The translations under genes were made by a program, and so were the position numbers. A stretch of DNA of 64,000 nt from an uncultured delta proteobacterium (GTDB taxonomy: Bacteria; Myxococcota_A; Polyangia; Polyangiales; JAFGIB01). Below are positions 48,308-59,200 of the stretch, one piece after another; position 1 is the stretch's first letter; every line of letters begins with the position of its first letter. The notes under the pieces were generated by a model. The model saw only the letters and a list, made by a program, of their open reading frames with translations. It had not been told where the DNA came from and searched no databases. The DNA lies in assembly GCA_963778655.1 (NCBI GenBank), contig CAVZVA010000005.1:192001-256000 (forward strand), given 5' to 3'.

Positions 48308-49054
48308 ATGAGTCGCACCCAAGTTTCAATCGCGACCCCGGATGGGGAAGCCCGCGCCTTCGCATTCAAGCCCGAGCATGGAAGCGGTCCCTGGCCGGGA
48401 ACGATCATTCTGATGGACGCGCCGGCGATCCGACCGGCCCTGTTCGAGATGGGCGAGCGCCTGGCGGCAGCCGGCTATTTCGTCCTGTTGCCGGACCTAT
48501 TCTGGCGCGCGGGGCCCTATCCCAAGCTGGACATCGTCGCTGCGCGTGCGGGCGACGCGGTGCAGGTGGAGCTGTTCACCAAGCTGCGCGGGAGCACGGG
48601 CGTCACGCGACAGATGACCGACGTGAAGGCTTGCCTGGACTTTCTGGCCAAGGACCCAAACGTGACCCAGGGAAGGGTGGGAGTGACTGGCTACTGCATG
48701 GGCGGCGCGATCGCCCTGCGCGCTGCCGGAACCTTTCCGGATCGAATCGGCGCAGCCGCCTCCTTCCATGGCGGGGGCATGGCGACCGACGACGCGCGCA
48801 GCCCGCACCTGCTGGCGCCCCAGATCAAAGCCAAGGTATTGGTGGCTGCAGCGAGCGAGGACCGCAGCTTCGACGAAGCCCAGAAGGAGCGGCTCGATGC
48901 GGCGCTTCGTCAGGCCGGCGTCGACGCAAAGGTGTCGATCTGGCAGGGCTGCCGCCACGGCTGGGTGCCGCCCGACATGCCGGTCCACAATCCCGAAGGT
49001 GCCGAGCGTCATTGGCGCGAGCTGATAGCGTTGTTCGACAGCGCCCTCAAGTAG
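48308..49054 (+). CDS. Dienelactone hydrolase family protein
   Basis: MDA..IRP, GYFVLLPDLF, GYCMGG nucleophile, ASFHGG, HGW; GAGGAG RBS. Confidence 0.93.
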   Translation: MSRTQVSIATPDGEARAFAFKPEHGSGPWPGTIILMDAPAIRPALFEMGERLAAAGYFVLLPDLFWRAGPYPKLDIVAARAGDAVQVELFTKLRGSTGVTRQMTDVKACLDFLAKDPNVTQGRVGVTGYCMGGAIALRAAGTFPDRIGAAASFHGGGMATDDARSPHLLAPQIKAKVLVAAASEDRSFDEAQKERLDAALRQAGVDAKVSIWQGCRHGWVPPDMPVHNPEGAERHWRELIALFDSALK

Positions 49055-49249
49055 CGCGCGCACCGCAAACGTATCATCGTGACGGCGCCGGCCTGGGCCG
49101 TAGCGCTGTAGGCGATCTGCGTGCGCATCGTGTTCTTTGCCTGCTGAGCCAATGGGGCCAATCCTTCCGGCGCCGGTGTCCTCGGCACGAGACCAGCTTC
49201 CCCTCGGTCGCGGGTGGGGACCCGGACTAGATAGCGACCGGCCTCGCAA

Positions 49250-49745
49250 CTACTGCGCGAGCTGCCGCAGCGCGCCCGGCGTGCGGTCGTCCACCGCGCC
49301 GGTCTCGGGAAGCGCTTGCCGTTGCTGGAAGAGCTCGAGCGCGGTGCGGGTGCGATTTCCCAGGTCGCCATCGACAGGACCGGGATCGATCCCTTGGTAC
49401 TTCAAGTACAGCTGGGCTGCGCGCACCCGGATGTCGGGCGTGCCGTTGGCCGTGAAGCGCCGGAACCGATGCACGCTCAGGCCGTTCTCGTCCGAAAGGA
49501 TGTCCGCGAAGAAGCTCCCGGCAGGGCCGTCGTCCGGGCTGTTTTGATGGCGAGCCGAGGCCATGCGCGCGATGTCTCGGTTGTCGATGATGTGACCGGC
49601 CGAGGTCGTGGCCGGTCAGGGCGTACGCGGCGATCCAGCTTCCGAGGATCACCACGGTCCACCACCAGAGCTGAACGCGGCTCAGGTTGTAGGGTTTGGG
49701 AGAGAGCGTGCTGTCGTCGCGCAACGCGTCCTTGTCGATCAACAC
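49250..49745 (-). pseudogene. Decayed mosaic: frameshifted membrane protein fragment joined to a peptidoglycan-binding domain
   Basis: PYNLSRVQLWWWT in one frame, IIDNRD..FFADILSDENGLSVHRF in another, then AQLYL..QG.DPGPVDG.LG.RTR.AL..FQ....L..TG..D. Confidence 0.6.
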
Positions 49746-49790
49746 CCATCCGGCGCCCAGAGGAGACGAGCATGCTCGAGCCGGGTCCGT

Positions 49791-50198
49791 TCAGGCGCCG
49801 GGGACGGAGTCCTCGTCGCGTAGCTTCCAGGGTGGGTTCAGCCGGTTGCCGCCGGCGTGGTAGAGGCACAGGGCGTGACCGTCGGGGTCACGCAGCCGGG
49901 CCTCCCGCCAGAGATAGGGCATGTCGACGGGGGCCTGCTCGAACAGGATGCCTCGGGCCGTGAGCGCGGCCACCGTGTCGTCGAGCGCGTCGCACTCGAG
50001 ATAGAGGATCGCGCCGGTGGGGGACGTGACCGGCGACTCGCCGGTCACCTCGAGCGACAGCGTGGCGTCGCCCTCCGGCAACACGAAGCGGGCATAGCGC
50101 GGCGGGGCGTCCACGATCTGGCGCAGGCCGAGCGTGCGATAGAAGGCCTTTGAGCGTTCGAGCTCCGCGACCACCAGCGTGACGTGATTGAATCGCAC
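49791..50198 (-). CDS. VOC (glyoxalase/bleomycin resistance) family protein
   Basis: NHVTLVV.ELERSKAFY..LG, REARLRDPDGH.L.LY. Confidence 0.92.
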   Translation of the reverse strand: MRFNHVTLVVAELERSKAFYRTLGLRQIVDAPPRYARFVLPEGDATLSLEVTGESPVTSPTGAILYLECDALDDTVAALTARGILFEQAPVDMPYLWREARLRDPDGHALCLYHAGGNRLNPPWKLRDEDSVPGA

Positions 50199-50226
50199 GG
50201 GAGACTGCGTGGCTCGGGCCCAGTGG

Positions 50227-50793
50227 CTACAGCGTGACGCCGACGCTCGCGAGCAACGACATGCCGCTCACGTGCTTGCTTTCCGTCAGAAACATGTAGC
50301 GCGCCTCGGCGCCCACGAAGAGCAGGCCCGCCTTGACCAGCAGGGCGATGCCCGGGGCGAGGTAGAGGCTGCCGTCACTGGCCGAGATCTCGGCCGCGCC
50401 GGGGATGGTCACCTTTCCTTTGAGCACGGCGCGGCCGATGCCGAGCGACGGTCGCAGCACCAAGTTCTTGCCGAGCTCGTAGCCGAGGTCGATGCCGTAG
50501 GTTAAGTAGCTGAGCGACTGCTCGGTCGCGCTTGCGCCGGGTAGCACCGACGGGGTGTGCCCCTTGGCACCGAGGAAGCCGACCAGGCGCGCGCCAGCGT
50601 AGATGGGGATGCCGGGCAGGGTCAGCCCGGCGCTGAGGCCGAGCCCGAGACCGTAGGGGTTGACCGGTGAGTGCTTCTCCGTGCTGAAGCCGTAGCCGAG
50701 CAGCCCGCCTGCGTACAGGCTCTGGGCCTGGGCGCCCGCCGCGCACCCGAGACAGACCGCGATCACCGCCAAGAAGGCGCCGTGCTTGTGCAT
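50227..50793 (-). CDS. Outer membrane beta-barrel protein (8-strand type)
   Basis: Signal peptide ending AQA; alternating beta strands (GLLGYGF, GIDLGYE, LRPSLGIG, VGAEARY). Confidence 0.8.
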   Translation of the reverse strand: MHKHGAFLAVIAVCLGCAAGAQAQSLYAGGLLGYGFSTEKHSPVNPYGLGLGLSAGLTLPGIPIYAGARLVGFLGAKGHTPSVLPGASATEQSLSYLTYGIDLGYELGKNLVLRPSLGIGRAVLKGKVTIPGAAEISASDGSLYLAPGIALLVKAGLLFVGAEARYMFLTESKHVSGMSLLASVGVTL

Positions 50794-50959
50794 GCCGGCA
50801 GCATAATCCCGACCGCGGAGCATGCCAGGCCGGAGGATTCCCCGAGGCGTTTTGACCCGCCGCGGTCGGCGGCTTGCGACGGCCTGTGCTGGGGGGGCCG
50901 GGTCCTCTCGGCGGCGCCCCTGTGGCGCACCTGCCACGATCCGTGATATCGACGCCGCC

Positions 50960-52852
50960 GTGAAACGTCCGGTCTGGTTGTTCAGCCTCGACACCGAGGA
51001 GTTCTGGGCGGCGCCGCTGGCGACCGGCGGGCTCAAGGCGTATTTCGAGCGCCACGGCAAGAGCGCGGCTTCGACTTCGATCGAGATCGTCCACTTCCGC
51101 TACGCCGAGCAGATCGCCGAATGGCTGCGCGAGCACTGGGATGCGTTCCAAGTGCAGCTCGCGCGCCAAGCCATGCTGCGGGGGCTGCGCCCGGTGGTCG
51201 GCTTCAGCGTGTACACCTGGAACGCGGCCGAGTTCCTCGAGATGATCGCGCACATCCGCGCGAGCTGCCCCGGCATCCTGGTGGTGGCGGGCGGGCCGCA
51301 CGTGCAGCGCGCCGAGGACTACCTGGGCGACGAAGGCATCGACGCGGTGGTGCTGGGCGAAGGCGAGATCAGCTTCAGCGAGTGGCTCGACTGTGAAGGC
51401 CGCGAGCAGTGGGCCGGCGTGCGCGGGCTCGCGTACCTCGACCCGGACGGCCAGCCGGTGCGCACCGGGGAACGGCCGCGCCAGCACGACCTCGATGTGT
51501 TCCCCAGCGCGCTCGACGCGATCGAGCTGCGCGAGCCGGACGGCCGGCCCAGGTACAAGACCGTGGCCTACGAGACCTCGCGCGGCTGCCCCTTTCGCTG
51601 CGCCTTCTGCGAGTGGGGCACGGGCGCCATCGGCACCAAGATGTACCAGCACGGGCTGGCGCGCATCCGCAGCGACTTCGAGCGTCTGATCGAAGGCGGA
51701 ATCGAGGATATCTGGCTCGCCGACTCCAACTTCGGCGCGCTCAAGGAGGATCTCGACAAGGCCAAGATTCTGGTCGAGCTGCGCCAGCGCACCGGCCGCC
51801 CCTACACCGCGGCCACCAGCTGGTCCAAGACCCACAACGCGCGCGTGCAGGAGATCGTGCTGCTGCTCAAGCAGCACGGCATGCTCTTCCACTACAATCT
51901 CGCGCTGCAGACGCTCACCCCGCTCGCGCTCAAGCAGAGCAACCGCACCAACATGCGGTCCAATCAGTACGAGCCAATCGCCAAGGCCATGGCCGAGCAG
52001 GGCGTCACCATCGCCACTGAGCTGATCTGGGGGCTGCCCGGCGACAACCTGGCCGACTTCGAGAAGAACCTCGACCGGTTGGCCGCGGTGTTCACCAACA
52101 TCAACATCTTCGGCTTCGTGCTGCTGCCGGGCACCGAGTTCTTCGAGCGTCGCCAGGAGTACCGTATCGAGACCATCCCCGTGGCGGGCTACGGCAAGGC
52201 CAAGGGTGAGTACGTGGTCGGCTGCCACAGCTTCAGCCGCGACGAGGGCATCGAGGGCTACTTTCTGATCACCGCGCACATCTTGCTCATTCGCGGCCAC
52301 ATCATGCCGCTGCTGGTGCGCTTTCTCGCGCTCGACGGCGGCGTGCCGGTGTCGGCGTTGCTGCGCGTGGTGCTGAGGGCGCTGGCGCAGCGCTTTGCCG
52401 CGCAGCTGCCCGGGCTCGACCCCGGCGACCGGATGGAGATCTACGCGCGGCGCGCCGACCTGTATCTCGTGCTGCTGCGCGATCTGCCGGAGACCTTCGC
52501 CGTGATCGAAGCCACGGTCCGCGAGTGGCTGCGGCAGCATGACGCGTCGGCGAGCCTGCACGCGCGCGCGTCCCAGGTGCTCGCGCTCGACGAGGGTTTC
52601 TGCCCGCGCGTGGGGCCGGCCTGCCAGATCACGCGCCGCTTCGATTTCGCTGCCGATCGCGTGGAGCACTTCCTCGGGCGCATGGAGCTGCCTCCCGACG
52701 ACGCGTTTGCGGGCGTGGTGACCTCGTTCGAGATCCGGCATCCCGCGCACGTGGGCGAGGTGCTCAAGAACCCGGATGGCGGAAGCTGGATGCGCGGGCG
52801 AATCCACGTGGGCGCGGGCGAGGCTGCGCCCACACCCATGGTCGCCGGCTGA
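50960..52852 (+). CDS. Cobalamin-binding radical SAM protein
   Basis: B12-binding domain (GFSVYTWN, VAGGPH, GEGE), ETSRGCPFRCAFC, ADSNFG, LI.GLPGD. Confidence 0.92.
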   Translation: MKRPVWLFSLDTEEFWAAPLATGGLKAYFERHGKSAASTSIEIVHFRYAEQIAEWLREHWDAFQVQLARQAMLRGLRPVVGFSVYTWNAAEFLEMIAHIRASCPGILVVAGGPHVQRAEDYLGDEGIDAVVLGEGEISFSEWLDCEGREQWAGVRGLAYLDPDGQPVRTGERPRQHDLDVFPSALDAIELREPDGRPRYKTVAYETSRGCPFRCAFCEWGTGAIGTKMYQHGLARIRSDFERLIEGGIEDIWLADSNFGALKEDLDKAKILVELRQRTGRPYTAATSWSKTHNARVQEIVLLLKQHGMLFHYNLALQTLTPLALKQSNRTNMRSNQYEPIAKAMAEQGVTIATELIWGLPGDNLADFEKNLDRLAAVFTNINIFGFVLLPGTEFFERRQEYRIETIPVAGYGKAKGEYVVGCHSFSRDEGIEGYFLITAHILLIRGHIMPLLVRFLALDGGVPVSALLRVVLRALAQRFAAQLPGLDPGDRMEIYARRADLYLVLLRDLPETFAVIEATVREWLRQHDASASLHARASQVLALDEGFCPRVGPACQITRRFDFAADRVEHFLGRMELPPDDAFAGVVTSFEIRHPAHVGEVLKNPDGGSWMRGRIHVGAGEAAPTPMVAG

Positions 52853-52922
52853 GCACGCACGACCGCCCGGGTGGGGCTGTAATCGGCGGCCGCGGTGAGG
52901 TATGAAGGGCGCCGGTCACCCG

Positions 52923-53324
52923 ATGGCTACTCCCATCTCGCGCTGGCTGTGCGCTGGGCTCCGCCGCGCGGCCTTTGGGCTGTCGGCCGCGGCCTGCGCC
53001 GGCGGCTGCTCGGCGCGGCACATCGCGGTCGGGGTGCAGTGCCCGAGCCCATATACTGGACACGCCACGATCGCCGGCGGCGACGCCGGCCAGGAGACGC
53101 TGTTCGGCACGAGCTGCGCCGCCAAGGGCAGCGATCCCTGCAGCGGTGAGTTGCAGCTCGACAAGGACGGCTGCCCGACCTTCGTCACCTTCGGCAGCTG
53201 CGGAGGCGACATCTGCCTCGGCGATCAGCTGATCCAACGGTCGGCCGATGCGGGCAGCGCGGGTGAAGACGCGGGGTCCGAGCAGGACGGCGGCACGCTC
53301 GGGGAGGGCAGCAGTGCGCACTAG
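52923..53324 (+). CDS. Cys-rich hypothetical lipoprotein
   Basis: Lipobox-like AGGC; 6 further Cys; DAG-type tail. Confidence 0.65.
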   Translation: MATPISRWLCAGLRRAAFGLSAAACAGGCSARHIAVGVQCPSPYTGHATIAGGDAGQETLFGTSCAAKGSDPCSGELQLDKDGCPTFVTFGSCGGDICLGDQLIQRSADAGSAGEDAGSEQDGGTLGEGSSAH

Positions 53325-54420
53325 CAGCTCGAGCGCTCGCGGCCGGCACGCGCTTGCGCTTGTGCTGCTGGCGGCCGCGCTGGTCGCGCCGGGTCGAGCC
53401 GGCTCGCGTGCGCTTGCGCAAGCGGCGGCCGCACCGTCGCAGAGCGCGGCGCCGGGGGCGGCCGCTGGGGAGGCGGCGCCGAGCGCCAGCGCGCCGCCCA
53501 GCGCGAGCGCGAGCACGAGTCCGAGTCCGAGTCCGAGTCCGAGTCCGAGTCCGAGTCCGAGTCCGAGTCCGACTACGCCGACGGCGACAACGACGCCCGC
53601 GGGTGCGCCTGCGCCCACGCCCGCTTCGGAGGCGCCGGCCGCGACCAGCAGCGCTTCGCGTGCTCCTTCGCCCGCGGTTGCAGCTCCTGCTGAAGCCGCG
53701 CCGGCCCCGGTGCCCGCTGTTGTCGCACCGCCGCCACCACCGCCACCACCGCCACCACCGCCGGCCGCAGCCCCTGCGCCGGTGGTCGTCGCGCCGCTGC
53801 CGCGCGCGCCGATCGAGCCGGCGAGTGAACGCCCTCAGCCGACCGAGACCGCTTCCTGGCTCGGTGCCGGTCTGGCGCTCGGGGTGCTGAACCTGCCCAA
53901 GCTCGGCACCGGCCTGACCGTGGCCGGCGAGCTGCGCGCCGGGAAGTTCTGGCCGATCGAGCTTTCCGCCGTCTACTGGTTCACCAACGACGCGGATCTG
54001 AGTCGCGACCAGCTCGACCTGCGAGCCAATCCGTTGATCGGCGCGCCCTTTCCGTCGAAGGGCAGTCGGGTGAGCGTGCGCGCGGTGCAGGCGAGCCTGG
54101 CGCTGTGCCCGTACGAGCACGGCCTGACGCCGGGCTCACTGCTTCTGTGCGCCGGCGCGCAGGGCGGAGTGCTTCGCGCCGAAGGCAGCGGCTTCAAGTC
54201 GCAGTCCCAGAGCGCGCGCCCGCTCTTCGCGCTCGAGGCATATGCGCGCTGGCACTTCCAGCTCGGCGAAGCTCTGGGGGTGAGCTACAGCGCCGGGATC
54301 TTCGTGCCCTTGATGCGCGATCGCTTCGGCTACACCGATCGCTTTGGGCACTACAATCAGCAGTTCCGCCAGGGCCCTGCGGGCGGCCGGCTGGACCTGG
54401 TGCTCACGCACAGCTTCTGA
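53314..54420 (+). CDS. Hypothetical outer-membrane protein with Pro/Ser/Ala-rich N-terminal linker
   Basis: Signal peptide, low-complexity linker, beta-strand C-terminus ending in Phe. Confidence 0.72.
   Translation: MRTSSSSARGRHALALVLLAAALVAPGRAGSRALAQAAAAPSQSAAPGAAAGEAAPSASAPPSASASTSPSPSPSPSPSPSPSPSPTTPTATTTPAGAPAPTPASEAPAATSSASRAPSPAVAAPAEAAPAPVPAVVAPPPPPPPPPPPPAAAPAPVVVAPLPRAPIEPASERPQPTETASWLGAGLALGVLNLPKLGTGLTVAGELRAGKFWPIELSAVYWFTNDADLSRDQLDLRANPLIGAPFPSKGSRVSVRAVQASLALCPYEHGLTPGSLLLCAGAQGGVLRAEGSGFKSQSQSARPLFALEAYARWHFQLGEALGVSYSAGIFVPLMRDRFGYTDRFGHYNQQFRQGPAGGRLDLVLTHSF
53516..53572. repeat. (CCGAGT)n hexanucleotide repeat, 8 full plus 2 partial units, encoding (PS)n
   Basis: Perfect CCGAGT array 53521-53568. 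Confidence 0.95.
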
Positions 54421-54546
54421 GTGACTCTGAGCCGCACGCTGGTTGCACGCCGCAGCGGGTGCGGGCTCAGGCCGTCACGCCGGCACGCGGTCGGGCGCCG
54501 GGGCCCGCGATCGGGCCCCGGGTAGTGGGCAAGCCGTTGCCGGAGC

Positions 54547-55872
54547 TCAGGGCAGCACGCAGTTGAGCGCGGGGCCTACGATGGCGCCCCACAGGTTGCA
54601 CATCTCGCCGGTCTTGACCGAGTTGGTGTAGGTCAGGCCGCCCGGCTGGTCGTTGTTGACGATGTGGCAGTCCCACAGCAGCGTGTCGCCGGCGTGCACG
54701 TCGAGCCTGCCCGAGGATGCGCCCGGCGAGCTGTCGGAGAACGGCGGATTGACGGTCACGCTGTCGTAGGAGAATTCGGCGGGGTCGAGGTAGTCGTACA
54801 TCTCGAACACCTTCTCGACGTCGCCGCTTGCCCGCTGAATCGAGGCCGTCAAGTGCGTGCCGTGCGAATGAAAGTGTCCGAGCAGCCCTAGAATGCGTCC
54901 GTCGGCCGTGATCGGGCACGAGTACGAGTAGGTCTTGTCCGTGCCCATCGCGATCGGCGCGATGAGCCAGCCCAGCCCCCCCATGCCGCGGATCTGATTC
55001 GTCTCTTCGGTGACCACCGACTTGTCGACGAAGTAGATGTTCATCCAGAACTCGCGCAGCATGTCGTTCTGGGTGAAGTTGAAGTTGTGCATGTCCGCCT
55101 GCGACGGGGTGTTCGCCGGAACCATGCGTCCGACGTTCGCGTTTTCCGGCGCCACCGGCATGCGCGGCATGAAGGGCTTGGAAGCGCCGGGCAGGTTGTC
55201 GATGATGTTGCCGTTCGTGCCGGTGCCGGGGTCCGCGCAGGCCGTGAACCCGCCGTCCGTCATCTCCACGTTGTACATGGTGTTGATGATGTGGTGCGAG
55301 CCGGCACGGCCGCTGAGCACGAAGCTCTGGTAGTAGACGTCCTTGTCGTTGGGCGTGTGGAACGTCCAACACGAGTCGACCTCCTGTCCGGCCTTGAGCA
55401 GGAACTTGTTGATCTGGTCAGGGTCGTTGTAGTCGCTCGGGCCGATGTGGATCTGCATGCCCTCGTCCGGTGCGGGCGGCAGGATGCAGGCATTGTCATC
55501 GGGAAAGCCGCTGTCGATGTTGCACTTGCCGCGCGGATCCGCGTACTCGGCCGGCGCGCCCTGCATCGAGCCTGCGCCGGCGGAGCCCATCGAGCCGCCG
55601 CCCATGCCCGCAGCGCCGGCGGTCATGCCCGTGCCCGGAGCCGTAGCGGCACCGCCACCGGCTGCGCCGGCGCTGCTGCCACTGCCGCTGCTACCGCCGC
55701 TGCTACCGCCGCTGCCGGTAGCCGACGATCCCCCGCTGTTGGCCGCGCTCGGCGTGCCCGACTTGCTCGCGGTCTTGCCGCTGCTCTGCATGCCGCTGCC
55801 GCTCGAACCGCAACCCGCGATTGCCGCTGCCAGCAGCCACGACGCCACCCGCGCCAGTGCCCTGTTTCCCAT
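54547..55872 (-). CDS. Copper type II ascorbate-dependent monooxygenase-like (PHM/DBM fold) lipoprotein
   Basis: Lipobox IAGC; CuH SHH..DMH, CuM GHFHSHG and GEMC; GGAGG RBS. Confidence 0.82.
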   Translation of the reverse strand: MGNRALARVASWLLAAAIAGCGSSGSGMQSSGKTASKSGTPSAANSGGSSATGSGGSSGGSSGSGSSAGAAGGGAATAPGTGMTAGAAGMGGGSMGSAGAGSMQGAPAEYADPRGKCNIDSGFPDDNACILPPAPDEGMQIHIGPSDYNDPDQINKFLLKAGQEVDSCWTFHTPNDKDVYYQSFVLSGRAGSHHIINTMYNVEMTDGGFTACADPGTGTNGNIIDNLPGASKPFMPRMPVAPENANVGRMVPANTPSQADMHNFNFTQNDMLREFWMNIYFVDKSVVTEETNQIRGMGGLGWLIAPIAMGTDKTYSYSCPITADGRILGLLGHFHSHGTHLTASIQRASGDVEKVFEMYDYLDPAEFSYDSVTVNPPFSDSSPGASSGRLDVHAGDTLLWDCHIVNNDQPGGLTYTNSVKTGEMCNLWGAIVGPALNCVLP

Positions 55873-56055
55873 GAGACCTCCTGTGGCAGCAGGCCGCCAC
55901 CGACCAACTATGAAGCGACCACTGCTGCCCACACCAACCACGCCCTACGACGCAGTGGTATTAATGCGGAGGGGTGAAGGATCGTCAACTTGAATCGAGT
56001 TTAAAAGCGGCCTGATCCGGGACGCTTGGCTGATGCCGCCCGCCGTTGCGGCCGG

Positions 56056-56072
56056 CTGGCGCAGCTTGTGCA
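56056..56072 (+). promoter_or_regulatory. Putative sigma-54 promoter upstream of the TonB-dependent receptor
   Basis: CTGGCGCAGCTTGTGCA: GG-10 nt-GC. Confidence 0.5.
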
Positions 56073-56264
56073 TCACGCCGCCCCTATTGCGATGGATCCA
56101 TAGCGTTTTGCGCGCGCGCGGTTGGCCCGCGACTCGCGCTCGATCCCGCTGCACCTGATTTGAAGAACATTCAGAGGGAAGCCTTGACCCCTCGCGCGCA
56201 ACTCGGCTATCGAGCTGGGGCGGCGGGTTTGGGACCGAGCGGGTCCAGGGTGAGGGTTATCGAG

Positions 56265-59200
56265 ATGAGGATTGGCAGCGGGATGATTGCGCTGGCGTTC
56301 GGCGCGGCCATGACGTGGGGTACGCGCGGCGTCGCGCAACAGGCGCCGAGCAACGTGAGGGGCGCCACGGCGCCATCGGCCGGCGCTGCGCCTGCTTCGC
56401 CTGCCCCCCCCGCAGCCGAGACACCGGCCGCGGCGCCGCGGCCGGGGACGCCCGCTGAAACGGCCGTCCCCGCGTCCCCTGCGGGGTCCGCGCCTGCTGC
56501 GGCGGCGGCCCGGCCGTCCCCCGAAGGGTCTCCGGCACCCGCAACGCCGCCGCCCGCGCCGCCCGCTGCGCCGAGCCCAGCGGCCACCGCGGCCTCGGCA
56601 GGAGCCTCGCTCTCGACCGGCGCGGTGTCCGTCGAAGCCGCGCCGCCCGTGCCCGCAGCACCTGCTCCGGCGGCGCACGTCGATGCCGGCGAAGGCGAGC
56701 CGAAGGCGAGCACCCCGGCGGTGCCGCCGACTGCGCCGGTGATCGCGGGCTCGAACATCCGCCGCCCACTGCAGCTGTATGAAGGCACACCCGTGATCGA
56801 CAGCCCGCTGGCGGTCGAGATGCAGAACCGCGACTACATGCAGATGCGACGCCAGTTCACCGGCATCGCGGTTCCGGACGACGCCGCGGCGCTCGGGCTG
56901 TACGCGCCCGGCACCTCCTCGTTTCTGTTGCGCGAGCAGCCGACGCTTGTGCTGCTCAACGGCCGCCGCCTGATCAGCTCGCCGATGCCGGGGCCGGATG
57001 GTGCCGACTTCGTCGACATGAATCAGATCCCGATCTCCTTGATCGACCACGTCGAATTCAGCAAGGGCAACCAGTCTTCGCTCTACGGCGCGGACGCGAC
57101 CGGCGGCGTGGTCAACGTGGTGACCAAGCGCACGTTCAAGGGCGTGGAGCTCGACGGCGGAGCACAGGCCACCGACACCTTCAGCCAGCACACCGAGGAC
57201 GTGACGCTGACGCTCGGCACCGGCGACCAGCACAGCGGCATGAGCTCGATGGTCAGCTACTTCACCAGCCAGCCGCTCAAGGCCACGGACCGGCCGTTCA
57301 TCGAGCAGCGCGCCGACCTGATGGAGAGCCTGCTGAGCTTTCCTGGCTCGTTTCGGCCGCTCTCGGGCGGGCGCTTCGTGGTCCCCGACCCGGCCTGCAA
57401 CCTGGCCAAGAACAAGCTCGGGATCGGCGCCGGGCTGGAGACGCGGCTGCCGGACTACGGCCCGGTGCCCAAGAGCGGCGACATCTCGAGCCTGAGCTAC
57501 ATCCCGCAGGCGCGCCGCACCGAGCTGATCTCGGAGTACGACTCGCGCATCCTCAACCCCGACGGCAGCATCGCCCGCGACCGCGACGGGCTGCTGCAGC
57601 CGGATGAGATCTCGACCTTCTGCACCGGCGATTTTGCCCGCCATTACGATCTGGTGCTCAAGGAACAGCGCATTCAGACCTACAACACCTTCTGGCACGG
57701 CTTCACCAAGCACACCGAGGGCTTCGGCGAGCTCGGCTACTACCGCAATGCCAACGAGAACCGCGCCGCGCCTTCGTTTCCGATTCTCACAGGCGACGAA
57801 AACGTGTTCGTGCCGGCCGACAGCGGGACCAACGACATCCACCAGGACATTCCGACTGGCGGCCAGTACAGCCCGGTGCCCAATCCGCTGATCCTGGCCA
57901 GCCGTATTCAGGGCAACTACCAGGCGAGCCAGATCAACAGCCGGCGTCTGGACGTCTGGCGCGGCGTGCTAGGGCTGCGCGGCGACTTCAAGGACGCTGC
58001 GGCGGGCTCGGTGGCGGAGAGCTGGGACTGGGAGCTGGCCGGGACCTACAGCATCTCGGAGTCGATCTCGCGCGTGCCCGACGTGATCACGAGCCAGCTG
58101 ATCAAGGCGCTCAACAGCTGCAGCGGCGCCACCATCACCGAGCGCCAGGAGGCGGGCTGCTACAATCCCTTCTTCAGCTCGGCGCTCAACAATGCGGTGA
58201 TCAACCCGCTCGGCGTAGACCTGCCGAGCGGCGTGAAGACCAGCCCCAGCATCAACGGCTACCCCGCGACCGACACCAACGGCAACGGCATCCAGGACGG
58301 TGGCTTCATTTGTGACCCCAACGATCCGGCGCACCCGTGTCCGGCCGGATTCGACCCCGCGAATGCCGGCACGGTGAACACGGCGGCGGTGATCGACCGG
58401 CTGATGGGTCAATCGACCCAGATCTCCAAGAAGACCCTGTTCACGCTCGACGGCGTGCTGCGTGGCGATCTGTTCGACCTGCCCGGCGGAAAGGCGGCGT
58501 ACGCGGCTGGCGGCCAGGCCAGGCGCGAGACGCTCAACGTCGACTATGACGAGACCTACAACCAGAAGGACTACGCGTTTCTATACGGCGGTCCGGACGT
58601 GCACGCGCCGGGACGCGACATCTTCGCCGGCTTCGGCGAGCTGCGCCTACCCCTGGTGAGCGGGCTCGAGCTTCAGGGGGCCGGCCGCTACGAGCACTAT
58701 CAGAAGACGGGCGGCGCGCTCGGTGCGAGCGCGGGGCTGGCGCTGCGGCCGTTCGCGCTCGGCGGCAACCGGCCGCCGGAGGCGCTCAAGTATCTGCTCG
58801 TGCGCGGCGGCGTTGCGCACGGCTTCCGTGCGCCGAGCCTGCTGCAGATGTACGGCACCTACACCACGTTCGAAGAAGTGTACTTCCACGAGCTCACCAC
58901 GTTCCGGCCCTACACCGCGAACGGCAATCCGCACCTGAAGTTCGAGACCACCGACACGGCCAACGCCGGGCTGCAGTGGGACTTCAAAGGCGCGCACGCG
59001 GAGCTCGACGGCTGGCTGTCCAAGATTCACAACATCGTCGCGACCGACAACCCGCGGCGTCTCATCTACGATTGCACCGCCGCGACGTCGGACAGGGTGG
59101 ACATTTCGTACCGGGCCTACGCACCTTTCGGCGACTGCCCCGCGCTGAGCATCAGCCCCAACCAGAACCTCGTCGAGATGAACGTCCAGTTCGACAACAT

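Noticed and set aside
52923..53324. RiPP precursor for the upstream radical SAM enzyme
   Set aside because: It has a lipoprotein-type signal and likely disulfide Cys; the enzyme lacks a SPASM/RRE-like motif and no transporter is adjacent
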